Origin: an uncultured Bryobacterales bacterium
Lineage (GTDB): Bacteria; Acidobacteriota; Terriglobia; Bryobacterales; Bryobacteraceae
Reading direction: 5' to 3'
Assembly (NCBI GenBank): GCA_937959285.1
Contig: CALGAR010000018.1
Location: forward strand, 40,103-104,102
DNA length: 64,000 nt
Shown here one piece after another: positions 27,733 to 36,805 of this stretch (position 1 is the first letter of the stretch; every line of letters starts with the position of its first letter). Below the pieces are notes generated by a model that saw only the letters and a list, made by a program, of their open reading frames with translations, did not search any database and was not told the DNA's origin. Made by a program: the position numbers and the translations under genes.

Positions 27733-28143
27733 CTACAGCCCGAGGGTTTGCCAGATTTCATCCAAGTCGGATTGCGCGGGTTCGACTGGCTTGAGCATTT
27801 GCTCCGGTGTATCCCTCTCATCGAACGCGCGGAACAGCGACATCTTCGCCAGAGCGTATCGCTCGGTGCTGTCTAATTCCCGCCCGTTCGCCGCTGCCAA
27901 TTCCACCAGCAGCTCGTCGAAAAGGAACACCGAAACATTGAATGAGGACTTTCGATCGGCGGAGACGTTGAAGACATATTCTCGCGAGGCTCGCCCATTC
28001 TGTTTGACCTGCCGCATGCCCTCGTAGTGGTACTGATACACGTAGCCGCTCATCGCGGAGTAGGTCTTCTGGCGGCGGACGGCAGGGGCGCCGGTGAGCG
28101 CGGGTGTGGGTCTCGTGGCAAACTTTCTGAGCCAGTTCAGCAA
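27733..28143 (-). CDS. Hypothetical protein
   Basis: 136-aa ORF with coding-like GC3 bias, located upstream of and co-directional with the phosphatase gene. I recognise no family. Confidence 0.5.
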   Translation of the reverse strand: MLNWLRKFATRPTPALTGAPAVRRQKTYSAMSGYVYQYHYEGMRQVKQNGRASREYVFNVSADRKSSFNVSVFLFDELLVELAAANGRELDSTERYALAKMSLFRAFDERDTPEQMLKPVEPAQSDLDEIWQTLGL

Positions 28144-28243
28144 GGGCCGATCCTACCCAAGGCTAGCACGACGGGGCCTTCTGCTTCGGCTCGCCAGGTA
28201 TACGGCTTATTCCGCCCGTTCGAGCTACAATCGCTGATACGGC

Positions 28244-29164
28244 ATGAGACTCTCACTGGCGATTGCTCTCTGCTTGCCCGTTGCATACGCACAACTGCCG
28301 GAGCCCAAGCCCGCGCAAGCAGAGGAGCCACAGAAAGTCCTGACCTATACCGGGAAGCCGCTGCGCTTGCCTTTCGCCTGCAAGTCCGCGGAAATCGAGC
28401 AGTTCGCCCTATCCTGCACATCGGACGAGCCGTGCCCTGTCTATCTCGAGCTGGCATCGGTCGCAGCGCAAGGCGACCGAATCTTCGCGGCCGGAAATCT
28501 TCACACGACCTCGGTGACGATCTCCTCCGTTCTGCTTCGGAGCGACGATGGCGGCCGAAGCTGGGTGGAGCCCCATAAACGCATCCCTTCGGCGGGTCTC
28601 GATCAGATGCAGTTTCTGGACCTCGAAGTTGGCTGGATCTCCGGACACGTTCTGGGCGCGTTCCCCAAAAACCCGTTCCTCCTCCTGACGACCGACGGCG
28701 GTAAGACGTGGTCGCAGAAAGACATTCTGAGCGAGGGAGGCTTCGGAACGATAGAGCATTTCTGGTTCGATTCACGGAACTCGGGAACTCTGATCCTGGA
28801 CAGAACCAGGGCGGAGGAAGGCCGCCATGAACTGTACGAATCGATGACCGGAGGGGAAAGCTGGACGCTCCGGGAAAGCAGCTCGAAGCCAATCCCCTTC
28901 AAGCAGGAAAAGCCGGCAGCTGCCCTTCGCACGCGAGCGGATGGTCCGTCGAAATCCTACGTCATTGAGAAGCTGCAGGGTGGACGATGGCAGATTCTGG
29001 CTCGCTTTCTGGTGGATGTCGGCGAATGCCGTCCCGAAGAGGCGGAGTCCGCACTGCCTCCCCCACCCGAGCTGGAGCCGGCAGAATCGGAGGCTCCGCA
29101 GACGGCGCCTTCCGCGCCGAAGCCAGCCGGGCTGAAGCGGCCGCCTACGTTGAAGAAACCGTGA
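28244..29164 (+). CDS. Secreted BNR-repeat / Ycf48-like beta-propeller protein
   Basis: Signal peptide and three BNR-like SxDxGxTW motifs (SDDGGRSW, TDGGKTW, TGGESW). Pro-rich C-terminal tail. Confidence 0.65.
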   Translation: MRLSLAIALCLPVAYAQLPEPKPAQAEEPQKVLTYTGKPLRLPFACKSAEIEQFALSCTSDEPCPVYLELASVAAQGDRIFAAGNLHTTSVTISSVLLRSDDGGRSWVEPHKRIPSAGLDQMQFLDLEVGWISGHVLGAFPKNPFLLLTTDGGKTWSQKDILSEGGFGTIEHFWFDSRNSGTLILDRTRAEEGRHELYESMTGGESWTLRESSSKPIPFKQEKPAAALRTRADGPSKSYVIEKLQGGRWQILARFLVDVGECRPEEAESALPPPPELEPAESEAPQTAPSAPKPAGLKRPPTLKKP

Positions 29165-30756
29165 GACACGATCCCATCGAGCTGGAGCTATTCCGGCACA
29201 TTCTCGTTTCCGTTCCGGAGGAGATGGGCGGTGTGCTGCGCAAAGTCGCCTTCTCCGCCAACATCAAGGAACGCCGGGATTACTCGTGTGCCGTTTACGA
29301 CGCAAACGGAGACACGGTCGCCATGGGAGACCACATGCCTGTGCACCTCGGCGCGATGCCTCTCTCCGTGCGTAGCGTCATTGAAAGGATCGATCTCGGC
29401 CCCGGTGACGTCGCCATCGTTAACGATCCGTTCTGCGGCGGCACGCACCTGCCCGATATCACCGCTGTTGCCGGAGTCTTTCCGGATCCCTCGTCCCGCC
29501 GCCCCGCCTTCTACGTGGCAAATCGGGCGCACCACGCGGACGTCGGAGGAATGAGTCCCGGGTCGATGCCCCTTGCCCGCGAGATCTATCAGGAGGGCTT
29601 GCGAATTCCGCCCCTCTTGCTGGTTCGTGGGGGAGAGATCAGTCATGAGATCATGACGCTGATTCTCGCGAACGTGCGCACGCCGGAAGAGCGCGAGGGC
29701 GACCTGCTGGCTCAATGCATGTCGATCCGCCGCGGGGAAGAGCGCCTGCTGGAGGTGGCCGCGCGTTATGGGGTTCCGAGGGTCCGCCGCAACATGGCCG
29801 AGCTGCAGGACTACAGCGAGCGCATGCTGCGCGAGGCGATCAGGAACCTCCCCGACGGCCGCTACGAATTCGAGGACTTTCTGGACGACGACGGTTTGGG
29901 AGGGCCGCCTGTCCGCATCGCCGTTGCCATCACAATCAGCGGCGATCGGATGGTGGTGGATTTTACGGGAACAGACCGCCAGCGCGAGGGTCCCGTCAAT
30001 GCGAACCTTGCCATCGCTATGTCCGCCGTGCTGTACGTGCTTCGATGTCTGGTGGAGGAGGACATTCCCTGTACAGCCGGCCTCCTTCGACCGGTAGAAG
30101 TGATCGCGCCCGAGGGCACTGTTGTCAATGCGCGTCCTCCTGCGGCAATGGCCGCCGGCAATGTCGAAACCTCTCAGCGGATCACAGATGTCCTGCTCGG
30201 GGCGCTTGCCTCGGCCGCGCCGGATCGCATCCCTGCTGCCAGCTCAGGCACGATGAATAACCTCAGCTTCGGAGGCTTCGATCCGGTTCGGGGCAGAATG
30301 TTTGCCTATTATGAGACCATCGCGGGCGGAATGGGGGCTTCGTCCCGGGCTGCAGGCCTGTCGGCGGTCCACACTCACATGACGAACAGCTGGAACACTC
30401 CAGTGGAGGCGTTCGAACATCAGTACCCTGTCCGCATCCGGCAGTACGCAATCCGCGATGGGTCAGGCGGTGACGGCATCTACCGCGGCGGCGACGGCAT
30501 CGTGCGGGAATTCGAGTTCCTCGCTCCCACGGAGGTGACGCTGCTCAGTGATCGCCGCGGCCGCGGTCCTTACGGGTTGAACGGGGGCAATTGCGGGGCG
30601 CCGGGGAAGAATAGTCTTTTCCGTGCCGGTAAGCGAATTCCAGTGCCTGCAAAGACCACGTTCCGGGCGGAGGCGGGCGACCTGCTCCGAATCGAAACGC
30701 CGGGAGGAGGCGGTTGGGGCAGGCCGGAGATCAGGGGTACTACCGACGGCTCCTGA
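29161..30756 (+). CDS. Hydantoinase B / oxoprolinase family protein (HyuB-type subunit)
   Basis: The N-terminus DPIELELFRHILVSVPEEMG...NIKERRDYSCAVYD...HMPVHLGAM is typical of HyuB. The GTG start forms GTGA with the upstream stop. The ORF-track extension from 28987 is rejected. Confidence 0.85.
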   Translation: MRHDPIELELFRHILVSVPEEMGGVLRKVAFSANIKERRDYSCAVYDANGDTVAMGDHMPVHLGAMPLSVRSVIERIDLGPGDVAIVNDPFCGGTHLPDITAVAGVFPDPSSRRPAFYVANRAHHADVGGMSPGSMPLAREIYQEGLRIPPLLLVRGGEISHEIMTLILANVRTPEEREGDLLAQCMSIRRGEERLLEVAARYGVPRVRRNMAELQDYSERMLREAIRNLPDGRYEFEDFLDDDGLGGPPVRIAVAITISGDRMVVDFTGTDRQREGPVNANLAIAMSAVLYVLRCLVEEDIPCTAGLLRPVEVIAPEGTVVNARPPAAMAAGNVETSQRITDVLLGALASAAPDRIPAASSGTMNNLSFGGFDPVRGRMFAYYETIAGGMGASSRAAGLSAVHTHMTNSWNTPVEAFEHQYPVRIRQYAIRDGSGGDGIYRGGDGIVREFEFLAPTEVTLLSDRRGRGPYGLNGGNCGAPGKNSLFRAGKRIPVPAKTTFRAEAGDLLRIETPGGGGWGRPEIRGTTDGS

Positions 30757-33700
30757 CTGTCGTCAGAACCTTCACCAGCTCCGCCGGCTCAATCGGCTTC
30801 GTGAAACAGCCGTTTGCACCCGCCGCGACAAAGCGCTCGTGCTCCTCCCGCGCACCGTTCGACGTAAGCATGTAAATGGGGATGCGTCTGCCAGTCTTGC
30901 GTTCGCGGGCACGGATCATCCGGGTTGTCGTGACGCCGTCGAGTTCGGGCATCTGCACATCCATCAGCACGAGTTCGAACGATGAGTCTTCCAGGAGGTC
31001 GAGCGCCTCTCTGCCGCTCCGGGCAAGGGCGACATTGCACCCGTGCTTGTGCAGCAGCGCGGCCGCGGCATGGCGGCATGTGGAGTCGTCGTCGACCAGC
31101 AGGATGCGAAGGCATTCCAGGCCCGCATCTTCCAGAGCCGGAGCAGGCTGGGTATCCAGCTCCAGCGTCACGATGAAGTGGAACTGGCTGCCTTGCCCTT
31201 CCTGGCTGTCTACCCAGATGCGGCCGTTCATCATTTCCACAAGGCGGGCGCAGATCGCCAGGCCAAGCCCTGTTCCTCCGTACCTCCTAGTCGTTGACCC
31301 GTCAGCCTGCCGGAACGGATCGAAGATCAGGGCCCGCTTGTCCTCCGGAATGCCGATGCCGGTATCACTGACGGTGAAATGAACCGCCGCCAGATTCTCG
31401 TTCTGAGACTCCAGCCTTGTGCTGACTTCGATTCGGCCCCTCTCCGTAAATTTGATGGCGTTGCTCAGCAGGTTCAGCAGGATCTGGCGGACGCGGACTG
31501 GATCGCCAAGACACCGCTGTGGAGTGTCGGGCGCAATTTGCACTTCGAGATCCAGCCCTTTTTCCTTCGCTGAATAGTACAGCGTCTTCACGCACTCATC
31601 GACACAGTCGGGCAGCGAAAAACTGACCCGTTCCAGTTCCATCCGTCCCGCGTCGATCTTTGAGAAGTCCAAGAGATCGTTGAGCAGGTGGAGCAGCGAC
31701 CGTCCGGAGGCTTCTACCGTTTCGAGGTACTCGCGCTGTTCGGGAGTTAAGTCGGTACTCAGCGCCAGCGCCGTCATGCCGAGAACGCCGTTCATTGGTG
31801 TACGAATCTCATGGCTCACATTTGCCAGAAACTCGCCCTTCAGGCGGTTGGCCTCTCTTGCTTCGCGCAGCAGCCTTTCGATTTCGCGCTTCTGCTCTTC
31901 CACGAGAGCCTTCTCCTGCTCAGTCCGGCGTTTTTCCACTTCGAGCTGAAGAGTTCTCTCCTTGACGGCCGCCTCCAGCTTGCGCTGGTACGCCAGCAGC
32001 CTCCGGACTCGCAGCTTCCAAATCAGGCCCGCCAGCGAGAGAAGCAGGACGATCATCGCAAGGCGGAACCACCAGGTCATCCACCAGGGCGGCAGGATGG
32101 AGAAAGTGTAGACAGCCGGCTCGGGGTTCCAGGTTCCCTCGCCCGATCTCGCTGTCACTTCGAACTGATATTGCCCCGGCTGAAGATCGTGGAGGTCCAC
32201 CCGGTTGCGATCAGTTTCGATCCAGTCGCGTGAAAGCTCGGGAATTCGATAGCGGTATCGAATATCGGCCGGATTGCGAAAGCTCAGGGCGGCGAACTGA
32301 ATCTCAAATGGCCGTTCGTTGTAATCAACAGTCTGGCGATATTCCGGGGCGGTGAGGTCCCCGTCACGGGCTACCGTGAGACCAGTGATCACAACTGGAG
32401 GCGGGTTGGCCTCGTGCTTCTTCAGCTCGCGATAGTGCGAAACCCCGCTGGTTGTGCCAATCCAAACGCTGCCGTCCGCGTCCTCGTAGAACGCGTTGAA
32501 CATGCAGTCCTGCCAGATCAGGCCGTTCGAAGGTCCGATGTGGCGCCACGAACCTGCTTCGAAAACGTCGATGCCATCATCCGTTCCCACCCAGATCCGT
32601 CCCCGGCGGTCGGTCTCCAGAAAGCTGATGTCGTCAGACCGCAGCTCTTTTCCTTGCCGGTAATGTGCGAAGACGGGTTTACCGTTTTCTATCGCGAGCC
32701 TTGAAACGCCAGCGACACCGCCGTATGCGACCCAGATGGAGCCATCCGGGCCTTCGGTGGCGAACGCGAGACTGGTCTCGTTCAGGCCGTCCGCCTGCTT
32801 GTACCGCTTCCATCCATTGCCGTCCTGCTGAAGCAGCCCCTCTGTACTAGCCATCCACAACCGTCCGCTTTTTGATAGAACGACGCGGTAGATCGTCTCA
32901 GGCTGGTCGGTAGGGGGTAGGGAAACGGGCTCGAAGCGGGTGGCCGCCCCGTTCGGTTTCGCCACAAAGAGTCCCTCCCGCGTCGGAACCCATAGTCGGT
33001 TCCTGGCATCGATCGTGAGAGACACAATCTTCTTCGAGGTGAGGCCGGACTGCGGTCCGAAGTGGTGAAATTTCCTGGTCCGATCGTCAAAGTAGCTAAG
33101 GCCAAATCCGTCGGTTCCGATCCAGATCCCTGACACCGGGTCGGCTACAACACTCCGTACTACGTCATGTTGAAGCCCGTCCCGGGTAGTGAAGGAGGTC
33201 CAGGTCCCATCGGGGTTCATCCGGTTGAGCCCGTATTTCGTTCCAATCCAGAGCTGTCCACGGGCGTCCCGCGTGATCGCGCTGACCGTGTTGGTAGTCA
33301 GCCCTTCATGGGATGTCCAGCTCTCCCACTCGCCGTAACCCATCCAGCGTGCCAGACCGTGGTTATCGAACCCGAGCCACGGAGTCCCCTCCCGGTCGAT
33401 CAGTACGCAGCTGGTAGCATCGGCCGGAAGGCCGTGTCTCTCCCCTAACCGTTCCCAGGAATTGTCCTTTTGCCAGAGCACTCCGAGCTGGGTTGGGACA
33501 ATAAGTCTTCCGTTGGAGTCAAGGGATAATGCCGTAGTGCTGCCAGCCGGAGGCACGCTAACTGCAATGCTTTCAAATGATGAGGCATGTAGCTTGCGGC
33601 GAATGAGTCGTTGCTGGCTTCGCGCCCAAATGGCGCCTTCTCCGTCCTGGATCAGCGCAGTCCAGTTCTCTTGGGGTACGCCATTCTGCTTCCCAAAGAC

Positions 33701-34357
33701 CTGAACTGCGCCGCCATCCAGTTTGCAAATCTCCGTCCCGCATCCGAACCAGACCGCTCCTTTCCGATCAACTGTGACGGAGAAAGCTGGCACGCCGTTG
33801 AGCGCAGCCGGTAGCGGGACGCGCCGGAATTCAGAAGGCTGCGATGAAGCGCTGGCGGAACCGACAAAAAGTCCGCGGTTGCAGGCGATGTAGAGTTTGC
33901 CGGAACGGTCCGACGCTATGGATGTGCCTTTGTGGTCTACAGAGCCGGGATGGAAGTTAACAGGTATGAAACGTTCGCCCTGCCGATAGGCCAGACCGGC
34001 GTTGGTGTTTACCCAAAGTGTCCCGTCAGGAGTAATGTGAAGGCCCCAAATCCGGGCTCCCGGAAGTCCGCGTGCGACACCATAAGCCAGAAAGCGGGAG
34101 CCGTCAAAGCGATACAGGCCGTTGGCGGTTCCAACCCAGAGAAAGCCGGTGTGATCCTGGGCCAGCGCACGGATGGAGGCGTTCCCCAGTCCTTCCTGAT
34201 GCGCATAGCGCTGGAAGGTGTACCTTTGCGCGTACAGCGAATCAGTCAAACAGATCAGCGCCGCGAGACTGAGGATTCGCTTGCGATTCCTGCATAGTCT
34301 GTCAATCTGCACGAAATGATACTTTGACTTTCCGTCTCTTGGCGTAGCGAAGTTCAC
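30740..34357 (-). CDS. Hybrid sensor histidine kinase/response regulator with periplasmic beta-propeller (Reg_prop/Y_Y_Y-type) sensor
   Basis: A long W/G-rich repeat region is followed by a transmembrane helix, a coiled coil, the H-box SHEIRTPMNGV, an HATPase domain (GTGLGL), and a C-terminal receiver (ILLVDDD...LVLMDVQMP). Confidence 0.9.
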   Translation of the reverse strand: MNFATPRDGKSKYHFVQIDRLCRNRKRILSLAALICLTDSLYAQRYTFQRYAHQEGLGNASIRALAQDHTGFLWVGTANGLYRFDGSRFLAYGVARGLPGARIWGLHITPDGTLWVNTNAGLAYRQGERFIPVNFHPGSVDHKGTSIASDRSGKLYIACNRGLFVGSASASSQPSEFRRVPLPAALNGVPAFSVTVDRKGAVWFGCGTEICKLDGGAVQVFGKQNGVPQENWTALIQDGEGAIWARSQQRLIRRKLHASSFESIAVSVPPAGSTTALSLDSNGRLIVPTQLGVLWQKDNSWERLGERHGLPADATSCVLIDREGTPWLGFDNHGLARWMGYGEWESWTSHEGLTTNTVSAITRDARGQLWIGTKYGLNRMNPDGTWTSFTTRDGLQHDVVRSVVADPVSGIWIGTDGFGLSYFDDRTRKFHHFGPQSGLTSKKIVSLTIDARNRLWVPTREGLFVAKPNGAATRFEPVSLPPTDQPETIYRVVLSKSGRLWMASTEGLLQQDGNGWKRYKQADGLNETSLAFATEGPDGSIWVAYGGVAGVSRLAIENGKPVFAHYRQGKELRSDDISFLETDRRGRIWVGTDDGIDVFEAGSWRHIGPSNGLIWQDCMFNAFYEDADGSVWIGTTSGVSHYRELKKHEANPPPVVITGLTVARDGDLTAPEYRQTVDYNERPFEIQFAALSFRNPADIRYRYRIPELSRDWIETDRNRVDLHDLQPGQYQFEVTARSGEGTWNPEPAVYTFSILPPWWMTWWFRLAMIVLLLSLAGLIWKLRVRRLLAYQRKLEAAVKERTLQLEVEKRRTEQEKALVEEQKREIERLLREAREANRLKGEFLANVSHEIRTPMNGVLGMTALALSTDLTPEQREYLETVEASGRSLLHLLNDLLDFSKIDAGRMELERVSFSLPDCVDECVKTLYYSAKEKGLDLEVQIAPDTPQRCLGDPVRVRQILLNLLSNAIKFTERGRIEVSTRLESQNENLAAVHFTVSDTGIGIPEDKRALIFDPFRQADGSTTRRYGGTGLGLAICARLVEMMNGRIWVDSQEGQGSQFHFIVTLELDTQPAPALEDAGLECLRILLVDDDSTCRHAAAALLHKHGCNVALARSGREALDLLEDSSFELVLMDVQMPELDGVTTTRMIRARERKTGRRIPIYMLTSNGAREEHERFVAAGANGCFTKPIEPAELVKVLTTVRSRR

Positions 34358-34550
34358 TAGCGGACTTTAGCGATGCTGCCTCGACCTCGCCACCAAGCTG
34401 CAATTGAACGTATTTTTTGTGTTGCGAACATTCTCGCAGATTCATACTTGCAGCGCCATCTCCGTAAATACTGAATTCACATCATGAGATGCCTGCCGTA
34501 AGGCAGGAGCCGGCCCTCCGCCCGTTGTTACAATTGATTTCAAGAGCCAG

Positions 34551-35858
34551 GTGCGGAAATTCATCGTCCACAACTTCGGCTGCAGAGCCACACAGGCGGA
34601 TGGCGTTGCCATTGAAGGCATGCTGCGGGCTCGCGGGATGCAGCCGGCGGAATCTTCCTCTGACGCACAGTTCGTCATTATCAACTCCTGCACCGTCACC
34701 GCCGCAGCCGACGAGGACGTGCGGCAGGCTGTACGGCGAGCTCATCGCGAGAATCCAGAAGCGAAGATCCTGGTCACCGGATGCTATGCGCAGCGGGCTC
34801 CGGAGGAACTGGCAGTTCTTCCAGGAGTGGCGTGGGTTGCCGGGAACTCCCACAAACACATGATTCCCGCGCTGCTGGATGGGACGGAAGCTGTGGAAGA
34901 CACCTCGTACCACGGCCAGATCTACGTGAGCGACATCACGGCGTCCCACTCGTTTCTCACGGCTGCGGTCGAAGACTCGATGCTCGACCGTACACGTCCG
35001 AATCTGAAGATTCAGGACGGTTGCAGTAACCGGTGTTCCTTCTGCATCATCCCAAGCGTACGCGGGAAGAGCCGGAGCCTTCCGCCCGATCAGGTGATCG
35101 AACAGGTCAGAAATCTGGCAAGCCGCTACCGGGAGGTGGTTCTAAGCGGCATCAACCTGGGCAGATGGGGGCGGGAGCAGGGGATGAATCTGAGGCTTGC
35201 CTGGCTGATCCGCCGTCTGCTTGCAGAGACCGGCATCGAACGCATCCGCCTCAGTTCGGTTGAGCCGATGGACTTTTCGGACGACCTGCTGGAACTGATG
35301 GCGTCCAGTCCGCGAATCGCAAAGCACGTCCATGCTCCGCTTCAATCGGGCTGTGATCGCGTGCTCAAGCGAATGCGGAGAAAGTACCGGACACGGCATT
35401 ACGAAGACCGGATTCGGAAGGCGCGAGCTCTGATGCCCGATGCGGCCATCGGCGCCGACGTAATGACCGGGTTTCCGGGCGAGACCGATGAAGAGTTCGA
35501 AGAGAGCCGCTCGTTCATCGCCTCGCTGCCCTTCACCTACCTGCACGTGTTCACCTATTCCGAACGTCCTGGAACGGAGGCCGCCGCGCTGGGGAATCAG
35601 GTCGACCCTAAGGTGCGTAAACACCGGACACAGGTTCTGCGTGCCCTGGCAGCGGAGAAGAATCTGGCCTTCCGGCAATCCATGGTCGGGCGGGAGCTTT
35701 CTGTGGTGACCCTCGGTGATCGGCGCTCGCTCAGCGGGAATTACCTTCAGGTCGAGCTGGCTACCCCAAGACCGGCAAACCAGATTGTTTCGGTAAGGAT
35801 TGAAGGCCTTTCGACCAGCGGCCTCGTCGAAGCTCAGCCTTTGCGCGTTCTTGCCTGA
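34551..35858 (+). CDS. mtaB: Radical-SAM tRNA methylthiotransferase (MtaB-like, MiaB family)
   Basis: N-terminal UPF0004 region (FGCRATQAD), radical SAM CSNRCSFC, and a C-terminal TRAM-like segment. GTG start. Confidence 0.75.
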   Translation: MRKFIVHNFGCRATQADGVAIEGMLRARGMQPAESSSDAQFVIINSCTVTAAADEDVRQAVRRAHRENPEAKILVTGCYAQRAPEELAVLPGVAWVAGNSHKHMIPALLDGTEAVEDTSYHGQIYVSDITASHSFLTAAVEDSMLDRTRPNLKIQDGCSNRCSFCIIPSVRGKSRSLPPDQVIEQVRNLASRYREVVLSGINLGRWGREQGMNLRLAWLIRRLLAETGIERIRLSSVEPMDFSDDLLELMASSPRIAKHVHAPLQSGCDRVLKRMRRKYRTRHYEDRIRKARALMPDAAIGADVMTGFPGETDEEFEESRSFIASLPFTYLHVFTYSERPGTEAAALGNQVDPKVRKHRTQVLRALAAEKNLAFRQSMVGRELSVVTLGDRRSLSGNYLQVELATPRPANQIVSVRIEGLSTSGLVEAQPLRVLA

Positions 35859-35881
35859 CAGCGGCGAACGGGCAGCGATCA

Positions 35882-36481
35882 CTACATCTCGCGGCGGTTT
35901 TCGAGCGACTTCGACATCGTGACTTCGTCGGCGAACTCGAGATCGCTCCCGACAGGAAGGCCCATCGCGATCCGCGTGACTCGCATTCCCAGCGGCTTCA
36001 TGAGGCGCGAGAGGTAAACCGCTGTCGCTTCTCCTTCGACTGTGGGATTGGTGGCCAGAATCAGCTCCTGCACGCCTCCGTCCCCGATGCGTTCAAGCAA
36101 ACCCTTTATCTTCAACTGCTCCGGTCCAATGCCCCGCAGCGGAGAGATTGCGCCATGAAGCACGTAGTAGAGGCCCGAGAAGGCGCGCGTCGTTTCGATC
36201 GGCAGGATATTGTGCGGCTCCTCCACGACACAGATCACGCTTCGATCCCGATTGGGATCACGGCAGAAGGGGCAGAGCTCGCCGTCGCTGATGTTATTGC
36301 AAAGTCCGCACAGGCCTAACTTGTCCTTCACGTCGTAGAGCGCCTGCACCAAGCGCTCCACGTCCTCGCGCCGGGCGCGCAGAATATGAAAGGCAATTCG
36401 TTGTGCCGATTTTTGACCAATGCCGGGAAGTCTCTTCACTTCCTGAATCAGTCGGGCGAGCGGCTCAGCGAAATCGGGCAT
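35882..36481 (-). CDS. recR: Recombination protein RecR
   Basis: [11 protein letters not shown] helix-hairpin-helix, CGLCNN...CPFC zinc finger, and a Toprim region. Confidence 0.93.
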   Translation of the reverse strand: MPDFAEPLARLIQEVKRLPGIGQKSAQRIAFHILRARREDVERLVQALYDVKDKLGLCGLCNNISDGELCPFCRDPNRDRSVICVVEEPHNILPIETTRAFSGLYYVLHGAISPLRGIGPEQLKIKGLLERIGDGGVQELILATNPTVEGEATAVYLSRLMKPLGMRVTRIAMGLPVGSDLEFADEVTMSKSLENRREM

Positions 36482-36496
36482 GGAAGACCGGATCCG

Positions 36497-36805
36497 TCAG
36501 AACAGGCCGGGTGGGAGTCCCATGCTGCCAAGGACGCCGCCCATAATCTTTTGTGTCTCTTCGTCGACTTTCTTAACCGCTTCATTGCAGGCAGCAACGA
36601 TCATGTCCTGAAGCATCTCGACGTCCCCTGCCACCTCTGGATCAATCTTTACACCGAGGACGTTTTTCTGGCCGTCCATCTTGACTGTTACCATGCCCCC
36701 GCCGGAAGTGGCTTCCACGCGAATCTGCGACACCTGCTCCTGCAAGCGCTGCTGCATCTGCTGCGCCTGCTTCATCATTGCCTGCATGTTGCCGGGTAAT
36801 TTCAT
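36497..36805 (-). CDS. ybaB: YbaB/EbfC family nucleoid-associated protein
   Basis: 102 aa with MMKQAQQMQQRLQE... and GGG.V.V.M.G. Lies in the canonical position between dnaX and recR, with a 4-nt overlap with dnaX. Confidence 0.9.
   Translation of the reverse strand: MKLPGNMQAMMKQAQQMQQRLQEQVSQIRVEATSGGGMVTVKMDGQKNVLGVKIDPEVAGDVEMLQDMIVAACNEAVKKVDEETQKIMGGVLGSMGLPPGLF

Noticed and set aside
30740-30756. 17-nt convergent overlap of the HyuB-type gene and the hybrid histidine kinase as a possible regulatory antisense arrangement
   Set aside because: Short convergent overlaps are common in compact GC-rich genomes. Nothing in the sequence points to a specific mechanism.
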